DNA of 51,329 nucleotides, the filler included, from Catajapyx aquilonaris (lineage: Eukaryota): assembly GCA_000934665.2 (NCBI GenBank). It is 2 parts of 2 records of this genome, joined end to end, with 100 filler letters (N's around TTAATTAATTAA, not from the genome) between each part and the next. Parts side by side here need not be neighbours in the genome. Positions count along the whole stretch, not along the records: positions 1 to 25,608 come from JYFJ02005330.1; positions 25,709 to 51,329 come from JYFJ02005331.1. One strand, written 5' to 3'. Within the stretch, counting starts at the first letter, position 1, and each line of letters starts with the position of its first letter. A program made the position numbers and the translations under genes. Under the pieces are notes generated by a model. That model worked only from the letters and a program-made list of their open reading frames with translations. It was not told the origin of the DNA and did not search any database. Positions 24,101 to 35,063 of the stretch are shown here, one piece after another.

Positions 24101-25234
24101 GGATCCGCAGCAGCAGCCCCAAGCCAAAACTACACCGTCATTCCTTTCATTTGAGTACTACCAACAGTTTTTCAATGTGGAAACGAAGCACGTCAGAGAC
24201 CGAATCATTTGGTCCATGGTTCCTTATCCTCGTGTCAACTACCTGCAGCATTACATCCGGCCTAACCCAGACATATATGGTACAAATTTTTATAACATGT
24301 ACACTCAGCCCCCTGCAACTTCCTATCCAGCCATACAGGGAAGGCCGTGCGTTTAGCTGGTCCGCTATCCCTGGATGTAGTATCCGAAAACCCGTACGTA
24401 GAGCCCTATATCAAAACGCCTTCTGGCGGACGTCTCTGAACCGTCCTGAACCTATACCTACACCGTCCAACCCCATCAGCCCCCATTTGCAGATCCAACC
24501 ATCAGCCACACGAAATGCAATTTAACCAATCACTCAATAATGCCATAACAAGGCATCTACTATTTATATTTAATGACTTCCAATCCCAAAACAATTATCA
24601 TATCTATACATAATAATCAATAATAACAAAACCACTTCTACCTGCATTCAGGTGGCTGGTGCGGTGGATCTGCAAACGGGGGCTGATGGGATTGGATGGT
24701 GTAGGTACGTTCAGGATAGTTCAGAAACGTCCCCCAGAATGCAATTTGATGCTGGGCTTTACATAAGTTTACATCCGGGTTTTCAGGATCTGCATCCGGG
24801 GATAGCTAAGCACACGGGAAAAGGGAGCTAGTTGTGGGGGGCTGTGTACAATACTTGTGTGACATTGCTTTTGATCGTGTTTGTCTTTCATTAAGGGACA
24901 TGTGATATGTTATCACTCATTCCTGCTTAGTAAATAAGTTCTAATATTCGCAGGGCCCTTTTGGATATGCGTCACATTGATTTTCACCATTGCGATGGCT
25001 GGCAATGTATCCAACTACCTACAAACAGCCGCCAAAGCCACATATGTGTGGCGTTATGATTTCCACCAAGTGACAATTGCCAGCACAGCAATATTTTCAT
25101 ATGCCTCGATGATTCCCCTGCTTTTGTGGACCATTCTGTGGTGGCGTCACAGTGGCGAGGGAGGCCCACAGGTCACTCTGCTGGAGCTTCTTTGTGTGTA
25201 TGGCTACTCTCTCGCCATATACATTCCAGTTTCC
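21184..25234 (+). CDS. YIPF1: YIPF1/YIPF2-family Yip1-domain Golgi membrane protein; 3' exon(s) missing at the assembly gap
   Basis: Exons 21184-21219, 21297-21339, 21402-21538, 24096-24279, 24954-25234. Motifs LQFQEF, FLSFEYYQQFFNVETKHVRDRI, IRPNPDIYGPFWICVTLIF, WRYDFHQVT, LELLCVYGYSLAIYIPVS. Confidence 0.9.
21756..22352. mobile_element. mariner-like fold-back MITE in YIPF intron 3
   Basis: TA-CGAGGGCCGTACTAAAAT ... ATTTTAGTACGGCCCTCG-TA; arms pair imperfectly over about 260 bp around a loop at about 22031-22093. Confidence 0.88.
22813..23748 (+). CDS. ADAT3: tRNA adenosine(34) deaminase non-catalytic subunit ADAT3/Tad3, single large exon nested in YIPF intron 3
   Basis: [34 protein letters not shown] (HAE glutamate replaced), [38 protein letters not shown]. 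Begins at phase-0 acceptor ttccag (AG 22811-22812); AATAAA overlaps the stop codon. Confidence 0.93.
   Translation, partial: [311 protein letters not shown]
24302..24846. mobile_element. Diverged fold-back MITE (TA-flanked, Tc1/mariner-like) in YIPF intron 4
   Basis: TA-CACTCAGCCCCCTGCAACT ... AGTTGTGGGGGGCTGTG-TA; internal inverted matches such as ccccatcagcccccatttgcagatcc / ggatctgcaaacgggggctgatggg. Confidence 0.75.
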
Positions 25235-25578
25235 GTGAGTATTCTATAAAATCGCATCCATGAAAGCAACTGATTGTGTTCCAGTTTTTACAGGCATGAC
25301 ATATTTATTTGCTGAGAATACTGCATTCATACTGTAACTTGCTTGTGTTGCTTGATTTATTGCGGTTATTGCTGTACTGGATACTTGAGTGCTTCCAGGG
25401 ACTACCTACAGCAATATTTCAGTCGATGTTTTTGTGGAAGTTCTGCAAGGACCAATCATCTGGAATCGTACTCATTGTGTGCGACTGATTTTTGCAGAGC
25501 TTGCATCCAGAATTCCACAGCAATTTAGTAGCATTTAGCTAATGGATGCATTATTGCTGCAAGTCAACGGTTAACGCC

Positions 25579-25608
25579 GGGGAGGTGTGGTGGCCGTGAT
25601 GGTAACGT
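25579..25608 (+). mobile_element. Probable 5' head of a tRNA-derived SINE truncated by the gap
   Basis: ggggaggtgtggtggccgtgatggtaacgt resembles the head of the SINE at 50720 (gggaggcgaagtggctctgcggtaacgt), including an A-box-like motif. Confidence 0.5.
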
Positions 25609-25708
25609 NNNNNNNNNNNNNNNNNNNNNNNNNNNNNNNNNNNNNNNNNNNNTTAATTAATTAANNNNNNNNNNNNNNNNNNNNNNNNNNNNNNNNNNNN
25701 NNNNNNNN
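25609..25708. other. Artificial assembly spacer
   Basis: Exactly 44 N + TTAATTAATTAA (25653-25664, stops in all six frames) + 44 N = 100 bp. Confidence 0.97.
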
Positions 25709-28700
25709 TCGCGGGCTGGATCGCCAAGTTTACCACACTCATTCATACTCACAGAAATAAAACTAGAAATCATGGAGGAATCATGCTCCACTAATGATCT
25801 AAAACCATCTTGTGAAGCTCTCACCAAAAAAAGGGGGGAAAAGACACTGATAGTTTACGCCCGATTGCAGATATGGTGATTCACCTGGCAACATCTTGAA
25901 AGGAAGTAGAGCTTGTCTTTTCATTCTGTTCGCCATTCCCCAATTGATGGGATCCAGCTGGAAAAATGGTCCCATCCAGCACCCGGGGAAACCTTATTCC
26001 ACCTTCCTTTTCCTGGAGACCCTCGCTCATCTGTACGTAAATCCCACTCCCTCCCTTGGATTTCATTACCGTTTTGGGTGTTGGGGAGACTCAGTTTGCA
26101 AAGCCTGGGGGAGAATCAAAGGGGCGTGATTCAGCTCAATCCCAGAGGTTACAGGCCAAAGTTTGGGGATTACAGAGATATTCACTACACAGTCAAAATA
26201 TACTGTATAGGCCATGCTTAAAAATTTTCTAAAAATTTGTGTTATCTAGTTTATCATTCCATAACATCACAGAAAAAGGAAGGAGGAAGTGATGCACCAA
26301 GAAATTCAATGATATCTTCAAAGTGTAATTGCGTGCAGAACTTGCAACATGGAATGAAACTTGGACGTAAAAATAATATCAGACATTCTGAGCATCAAAA
26401 ACATGTACGGTTGTAAAAAAAAAACGTAAGATAAATATTGTCATATNGTTACGGTTCTTTCCCACGATATTCGTGATCATAATTTTATCTTCCCCCGCCT
26501 CCCTGTTCCATTCCACCGCAAAATACTCGCCACAAGACCACCTGCGCGCCCACAACTGACCTTATTTAAATAGGTTTAATATACTTAACGACACTATGAA
26601 TTCCACCCACTTCAGTGTCTCATACTAGTAATTTGTCGATCTTTAAATATTTGTCCAGTTGTACAGTATACATATTTTGAATAAATATTAAGCAATATTA
26701 CCTGTTTGTATTATGCTCAATTAGTGATACCATAAATTAAAATGTATATAAACAACTGTAATTTTTGCCCATATTACTAAGCGTACAGAAATTAGATTTT
26801 ATGAGCCGCTATTGCATTTTTTTTATCTTTTTTTTTTTTTTGCATAAACTCCAAGCACCGGAACCTGGTCAGTGGAATCAAAATGTGAGTCGTTTTTTGG
26901 GCGCGTTTCAATCGCCGCCGTAAATCACGCACCAAAGTGAGTTAAGTGCAATAAAGAGAGGATTATTCTCATTTTGGCCGTGACGTAAATCCCCCCTCCT
27001 GCCGGGTAAATGGCGCGTGTAAAAGTAATGCGGGCCAAATGCAATCGGAATGCGCGCTGGAGGCCTTAATTACGCCGCCTCCCACGCATAAATCGCAGGG
27101 GGCAACAGCGTCATTTGTGGGATTAACAGGTGAGTTGATTATTATGACTTTAGCTTCAGAGGGGGAAAAAGAGATGGGGATATAGGACCCGCTTCGAGGC
27201 TTAAAACCTTCTGCTAAATGACGTTTGAAAATTGGCAGTGTATTAAAAACTTATGATCCGTTGTTCCTTATATACTGTATGACAACCAGACTGTGTTTCC
27301 TTTACACAGGAGTCGTTTGCAGGTATGTAGACTAATTAAGTGCTAGTGAAGTATATGGATGGGCTATAAATGTTGTCAGTATTCATGAAAAATTAGGGTC
27401 TACAGTGCAATACAATGTGTCTGACGTTCCTGATGAAATATTTATTCTCGTAATAATTTTAGGAAAATGTCTGAATCATTATTTTTAATGAAATTAAATG
27501 CCTGCAGATATTTTGTTATTTAATTTTATTGACTCCTGACTGTTCTGACATTAGAGATTAAGAGTATAGGCCTGTAGGTGTATCAAAGCAGATGTAACTA
27601 CATGTCAAGCCTAATTTTCCACCAAATCGTGTATCGATAAGTATAGTGCACAGCAGGTGGTTGCCGTACTTTTTCAAATTCTTAAAAAATTAATTATCCA
27701 GCGTCACCTATCCCACTTTGTGAACCAACGGTGTTGGCAGATGCAAGCGTTCTTTCCTTTTGCCTGACTAGAGTGCGAAAAAAAGAGAAGGATTATGGGC
27801 ATGTGGCGAAAAAGGATCGATAGGCAGGAAGGAAAAGGCGATGGTGGGGACTAGGCTATAGAAAGAGACGCCACACAGACGCCGCGATGCTTGTCGCCGG
27901 CGACAGGCGACCGATCCGCCATAATGAGCCTTAATTTTCTAATGACGCTTGATTAGGGCGTCATTAGGACTCCTTTATACGGAAACCGCAGATAAGGTCT
28001 CGGGCGCTGCGCGGCACCTGCTTTGTGTCCCTTTTTTTCGTCCACTGCCTCTCTTCTCCTTTCTCCTGCACTTTTCACCTTACAGCTGCAACTTGAATCG
28101 TCATCATCATTAATGACTGTGTTTTAGTCAGGCTTGTAAACGAATTTGAAAAATACTTGGAATCACGTCGGGAAGGGCGGAACGCGAATTAAAATCCATG
28201 CTAAATATTGCCTGTGCGGGTGGATGACGCGGTGCGCGACATTTCTATTGTTTTAGAGTCATTCGCGCAGGTATGTCCCCAACATCGACTGAGGTGTTAG
28301 TTAATAATAATTTTCGGTCTTGCAAGTTGCTGGTCGAGCAGTGACCTTCCCAAGTGAGTTGAAGCCTCGCTCTTAGTCAAGGGCAGCCAGTCAGTCATTA
28401 CAGCGCCCCTTTTTTTCTGGGAAAGGGAACGAGGGCAATCATACCCCGACCCCCGCCACCCCCACTACCCGCCTCCACATTCTCGTCTAATCCCCCACAT
28501 TCCCTCCCAACTCCCACACTCCCACATCACATACGATATGCATGATGTTAACTCATGTTTTGAAATGTCAGTTTGTTTCTCGCTGACATGTTGTTTTTAC
28601 TAGGATTATTAGTTATAAAACGTGCAACTAATAATAAAATAGAAGCGTGAGGAAAGCAGGTGAGATGCTACTTGGATTTTTATTGGCTCTTTTTTATGTG

Positions 28701-30089
28701 ATAACGTCTAATATGAAGGCCATGTAAGACACTCCATACTTTTTGCACCTTGTACTTATAATAAGGGTGTGCTGTGCTTTATGGCTGTATTACAACACTG
28801 GATTATAACGAGATAGATGCCAGAGACATTCATTACTCAACTTAACTGTGTCTCTGATAATGATCTATACGTGCACAAACACGTACGTACAGTATGCTGA
28901 TGATAAAGAAATTTTGGCGAATGTTCTGAAGCAAGGCTATCATGATAAACATGTGAATTATGACGTTAGGCTTCACATAACTCTTAACAATAATGCATCG
29001 CAGTATAAAATTGGATGAGCTGACACCAAATTTTAAAAAACAGTTCATGCTTCTTCATGCCAGCCACTTCGCTAGTAATACATTGTATATGCTCCATAGC
29101 ATTGTAGCCCATATCCTCCAATGTTGGATTTATTTTAAAAATATATACAGTATTGTTTTCATGACGTGAAGTCAACCGTAACCTTACGCTGAATATGCGA
29201 CATAGAGGGATCATTGTTTTTTCGACCCTGCTGAGAGTCAGATGGTGACTCGGTGTGCCCTGTCAGTCGGCCTGTAAGCGTGCGTGTCAAGAGAGAGAGG
29301 GAGAGGGGTCGAGTGAGAGGGGTTGACGAGAGAGTGAGGGGGTGGATAAAAGGCGAAGTTTACGCGTATAAGTGATCCTGGAGTAGTGGACTGCTGCTGC
29401 ACGCACTATCTCGTGGCAATAAATTTGACTCCTGTCATGTTTCTCACTTGATACCATACTCTAGCTATTTCTATATTTACGCACCTAAAACTATATCGAT
29501 CGCGTAATTTAAATTTTCTACACCGGAAGTCATTGAAATCCGAACCCGACAGTGCCAGGCCTAACCTATCTTAATGGTTCCTTAAAAAAAATACATATCA
29601 CGAACCAGGAATTAGCGACATTCTTTTCTCACATTCTCCAAGAAACATTCTGACAAGCCAAGACTAGAACATTCGAAGCATGTCATGATGCCCTTCCTCC
29701 GGGTCCTACGGAAACGCTTCTCCGAGAGTGTATTTGTGGGCAGGCACGAAAAGCATCGGGCGGGAAGCTTGCCAGTGCTAATTACTTAATTAGAGGCCCA
29801 GGTGTCGTCGCCTGTCAGCCGCTGCCTGCACTTTTGCTATCACACTTACACTTTTTTTTCCTACAAAATTTTTTCCGTGCCAAAGAACGCCACATGTGCG
29901 AATAGAACATACAGTATGGTACCCTTGAAGTAATTTTGATGATGCACGTGCAATTGCGCATGGTGGCCATGTTTGGTATCCAGATGCGTGCTTCCGCTTA
30001 AGAAGAACGAGGTCGATCTGAAAGGTGGTTAAAGGCGTGAAACACATGTTGGGACGGCATATGTGCTGGCCCCTCCCTCGGCCTGCCTT

Positions 30090-30476
30090 TCTCATTGATC
30101 TGGTTCATCCGGGAGAATAGTACCCCGGACGCTCATTGGACTCACCACGCCCCTTTTTCCCGACGCGACGCTCCGTGGAGACAAAGAGGACACTTGACTA
30201 GCGTCACACGCTCATTTTGATCGATCCCAATGACCAATCCGAGCACATCCTCCTACTGTAGCCGCAGGAGTGGACACTCCGCCACTTTTTGATTGTCGCA
30301 ATTATTGCACACACAGGATTAGATGTCAGATCAAGCTTGTTGTCACGTGTCCACCAAAGTGACCCAAGTCATGCGGGAGGAGGAAAATTGCGCTAGTGCG
30401 TTTCGCGGAAGAGAAAAGGGACATGGCGTCTAGACAGTGACACTTAGCATTGCCAAATAACAACGGGTTAGGAAAT
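30090..30476 (+). promoter_or_regulatory. Candidate promoter and first exon of the Sp6-9 gene
   Basis: ATTGG 30135, GT-box CCACGCCC 30145, CCAAT 30227 and 30234, strong donor AAT|GTAAGT at 30477; nearest such arrangement seen upstream of the acceptor at 32277. Confidence 0.4.
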
Positions 30477-32277
30477 GTAAGTAGCCTTTTCCTAGTTTTG
30501 CAGGCCTGATAAAGAGCTCAATTTTCCACCTTGTCTGCGTAGAACACGCAAACCTGAAAAGGGACCACTTCCTCTAGGGCTTTTATTCGTCTTATCCTTG
30601 ATCGATTCGCCTGAAGGTTCTCGGGACATACACACATTGTGCACAAAAGTCGGTCCGATCTCTAGTCCATGATAAACACTTCTTACCGACAACCAAGTGC
30701 CTAATTACACCCGAGTGGATTAACTATTGTAGTTATCACTGGAGCGGCTGCCATCAGGGGTATAGAATGAGCGAGGGTGACCCCCAACTGTCGCAAAGGT
30801 CCCTCAGAATGAGATTTGGGGTGAAGGGGCGTGGAGTGAACATGGTTGTCTCTGCTGATGGGATTGAAGCCCCCGGATCATGTGGGGTCCTCACCCTGGG
30901 TGGCAGGCCTGGAAATAGGCCTAGCCGGTTTGTAATTATCAGGCCTGTCAACCAGTGCTGTTTGTGGGAGAGTTGAAAAAGGGGTGGGAGGGAAGGGAAT
31001 CAAGGGTCTCGCCGGTGGTCAGCTGACCTTGCCTTCTGTCGTAGCCAACACTGTAGGAAGTCAACGAGTTTACTACACCAAAAGTACAATATACTGTAGC
31101 TGTGTGTTATTTTTAATGTCCAACACAAGTAATTAAATATATAAATACTGTAATACAAAAGAAAAACATTCATTGTGTTGGCTGCTTTGTTGGTTTTGGG
31201 GATATGCATGATAGATGAACGGTTTCTTTTAGTAGAAGGCTGTTCATTTAAAAATAAGAACATTCAAGATGTGTCCTGTCGATGGCTTTTGTACAGACTT
31301 ATAATTTTTATTATAAGCGCAAAACCGGCCTTGCAAATACTTGAGTCGAAATTATTAGTTAAAATTACTCAAATTAAATTACTGTACGGCTGGCTGAAAA
31401 AGGTGTAATTGAATAAAGTAGGCCATGACATTATCCAACGAATGATAGAATTATGCAGTAGAAGTTAGGTTTACTTCGTGCGTCAGTTAGTGTCTAAGCT
31501 TATGACGTCAAGTAGGCATCAACAGTTATTATATGGACGTGTGGTATTTAATGACCTTACCACTCCTTGCTCATGGTGATATGACGTAGGTTTTATTCGA
31601 GTGCAATTGGTTACGGAGAAATAACTGTCCACGTCAGGGGAGGGCCTATATAATTTAAGCATATGTCTAGATGACATCGTAACATAACTGATTTCTATTT
31701 AAATTGTTCTGAGATACTTTTCATTGATATCAATTAGTTTTACAGCTGCTTCATAATTATGAAATATTGTGTCAAAGAATGAGATCTTTTTATTAGAACT
31801 TGCTTCAGAGAGAGAGAGAGACTTGTAAGCAAGTTTCCAGATCCAGAATTGTTGAGCACATGCTGTTTCTGCAGATTCGGACGTAAGCAGGATTTTGTAA
31901 GGTCGGACAAAGAGTCTGTGACGGACGGACCACAAGTTGTCAGTGGGTCGGTGTGCAGGAGGGAGACGACTGGTCTGGTCATACAGGGCCGGTCCCCTGC
32001 TGGGTTGAAAGAGGAGGCCTAGGAGGGTGAGAACCGGGACAAGCACTAAGCTAACAAAGCTACCCGCCGAGACCATTGTCAGCATCCTTGTCAGCTCTAG
32101 TGACAAAGGACAGCCGCACCGGCAAACAAGAGGGGGCGATGGGATAGGGGGAAGGGGGGGAAGGCACGTCGCGCCTGTACGAAAATGCTGTGTGCAAACT
32201 TTATTCCTCTTGATTTACCACTGATGAGCCACTTGTGATGGCACCCATTTCATGCCTCGCTTGTTGGTACATTTCAG

Positions 32278-34082
32278 GAGCACCCCGGTCTAAGAGGGAC
32301 GCCGCTGGCGATGCTGGCGGCGCAGTGCAACAAGCTCTCCAGCAAGAGCCCTCCACCTCTTGCTGACGCCGCCGTGGGCAAAGGCTTCCACCCGTGGAAG
32401 AAGACTGCGGGTGGGATGGGCATGGGCGTTGGTGTTGGAGTGTCCGTGTCCTCCTCCATGCCGCCGACGCTGTCCCTGGCTGCAGGACATCAAAGAAACC
32501 CGGTGACCTCATCGGTGGCATCGACGGGATGCACCTACAACCGATCCGTCGTAACCTCCGCTTGTCCCTCCGCACCTTACGCACCTGACCTCTACTTCAC
32601 CCCAGGGGCAGGACCCCCGGGTGGCCATCATCACGGAGGCGGTTCAGTCGGAGTCAATTCAGGACATTCTCAGGCTGACCTAGGAAAGGTAAGTGTCATT
32701 GACAGTGCATTCAGGACACCTGGACACGTTTTCCATTTTGTTCTATCACACCCACTATAGGTGGCTGCAGCGGAAGGGGCAGCTGCGGCGGCACACTTAG
32801 GAAGCATGAGCAGCATGTACTCCCGTGTGGCTGCTGCAGCTGCGGCGTCGGCTGCGTCGGCAGCGGCACACCAATACGAGTCATGGCCGTTCAACGCGAT
32901 GCCGGCTGCATCGGCCCACTCGGCCGGTATCAAGCCGGAGGTGAACTCGCTCAATTCCACCACGGCTGCTTGGTGGGACATGCACTCGGCTGCGGCTGCT
33001 GCAGGAGGCTGGCTGGACATGAGCGGGGCCGCCCCTGGGCTGCCCGCCATGTCGGCTGCCGGTATGCACACACCCAACTACCCATCAGACTATCCCTCGG
33101 CGCTATCCCATTCCCTGGCCGCTGCTGCCTCTTCACCGCACCTACTGTCGTCAGGACAGCACCTTCTGCAGGACACCTACAAGTCTATGCTCCCAGGGGC
33201 ACAAGGGGTTCCCGCATCCGTCGCATCTCCCTTTGGCCTTAGTCAGCCCTCACTGCCTCAGGTTCCCTCTCCAAGGTCAGTATTGTTGATGTTTTGAAGG
33301 TGCAGAAACCGGCTAAAACGTCGCACCAGAATTACACTATCACTCTATGATCAAGTTTCAAATGATTCTGGAGCTACCCCAGCCGTTTTCTGAACCGTTA
33401 ATGTACTTAGGAGGATGGGTACAGGACCAGACGCTTGAGCCTGGCCCTGTAACCATCCTTCGGTGTGTGTGTCTGCCTGGGTGTTTGGGTGACGCACCTC
33501 CGACGTACGTACGGTCGGTCCCATAGACGTAACCCGCACGTTGCGACGCGTAGGTCGCAGAGGCGCTACACAGGCCGAGCGACGTGCGACTGCCCCAACT
33601 GCCAGGAAGCTGAGCGACTTGGCCCTGCCGGCGCACACCTGAGGAAGAAGAACATCCACAGCTGCCACATCCCAGGCTGCGGGAAGGTGTACGGCAAGAC
33701 ATCTCATTTGAAGGCTCATCTGAGGTGGCACACAGGCGAACGGCCATTCGTGTGCAACTGGCTCTTTTGCGGGAAACGATTCACCCGCTCCGACGAGCTG
33801 CAACGTCACCTCCGTACGCACACGGGAGAGAAGCGCTTTGCTTGTCCTGTTTGCAACAAGCGCTTCATGCGCTCCGACCACCTGTCTAAACATGTCAAGA
33901 CGCACAACGGCAACGGCGGCGGAAAGAAGAGCGGATCAGAGAGCTGCAGCGACTCGGAGGACAACAGCCAGTCCGAGCCGCCTAGTGTCAGTTCGCCTGC
34001 CTCTGTCAACACGCCCCCCTTATCGCAACAGACTCTCGAGCCATCACCCAATTCCGTCGTCGACATCAAACCCGCTGTCTGA
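32278..34082 (+). CDS. Sp6-9: Sp6-9 (Sp8/Sp9-like) zinc-finger transcription factor; upstream exon unresolved
   Basis: Exons 32278-32688, 32761-33275, 33554-34082. Sp box [34 protein letters not shown], Btd box [14 protein letters not shown], three C2H2 fingers ([73 protein letters not shown]). Confidence 0.95.
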
Positions 34083-35000
34083 ACTCATATAAAAAAGCGA
34101 TAGAAACGCGAACGAACGCACCCGCGCGCATTCCCTTTCTCATGCATCATCATCTCTATCTCTCGTCCCTTTCTCTCACCTCTCCTGCTCGTTCGTGCGA
34201 ATCATGCTGCTCGATTCACCCCAAATAAAAGGCTTGTTCAGGGGCCCTTACGAGCGCTCTCGCGTGACGTCACGCGGATGAGTCAGCTGCGACTGATGCT
34301 CATATTCTTTTCGGAACACCGTCATTGACAGCTTTATTCAGGCACCAGTGCTCTAGAGGCGTTTCATATTACTGTCGTATATGGGGTCGTAATTGACGCA
34401 AGTTTGTGCTCATTTTTATTCTGTAAAACAGGACAGAATTCAAAATTTTGTAGTTCATTTTATATGATACACAGCGAGGTGAGAAGTCAGGTGTCAGCAA
34501 CTTGCAGCTGTACATAATATCAGTGGATGTCTCCAGTGCTTGAATTAATCGAGATTATGCTCAGCATTGAATTTCAAAATATAGTCGGCTTGATGGCCAT
34601 TCCTAGTCCAACATAATTTACGCTATTCTGTGCTCAGCATTTTAAAATATATTTAAAAAATATAATAAATGGAGAATGTGATGTCACGCGACCGAGCGTT
34701 CGTGCGGAGACTAAACTCGATAGAATCATTTGGATAACAAAACTTTTGCTTAAATTGGGGTCAATGTGCAGTCACTTAATTGATGATACCAGTCCACCGT
34801 ACTGTGGAGTGTAGACCTGGCATTCTTTAGCGTTTTTTGTTTTTTTTTGAAAGCACATAACCTCATTTTGGTAGACATCTACGTGACTCCTCGATGACAT
34901 ATATACAAAAAAAATCATTAAAAAGGGGACCTGAGAGGCAGGTCGCACATGGAAAGCAGCACCAGCAAAGCAGACATTTCTTTTTCAAATAAGTGCGTGT

Positions 35001-35063
35001 GTGTGACTTGACAATATTGGATAGACGGTCGGAGCGCGTGAAGCGTCTGTTGCAGGCAAGGCA
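35001..35063 (-). other. Inverted degenerate copy of Sp/KLF zinc finger 3 coding sequence
   Basis: Minus strand reads CLACNRRFTRSDRLSNIVKSH versus [21 protein letters not shown] at 33843-33905; 47/63 nt identical with no gaps (manual count). Confidence 0.75.

Noticed and set aside
25300..25488. Hydrophobic open frame as the next YIPF exon
   Set aside because: No suitable phase-0 acceptor and no clear match to the expected ILW.IP...W motif.
32201..34092. Overlapping antisense and alternative-frame ORFs over Sp6-9 (also over the LRR, SSD and ADAT3 genes)
   Set aside because: Shadow ORFs of GC-rich coding exons with no independent motifs.
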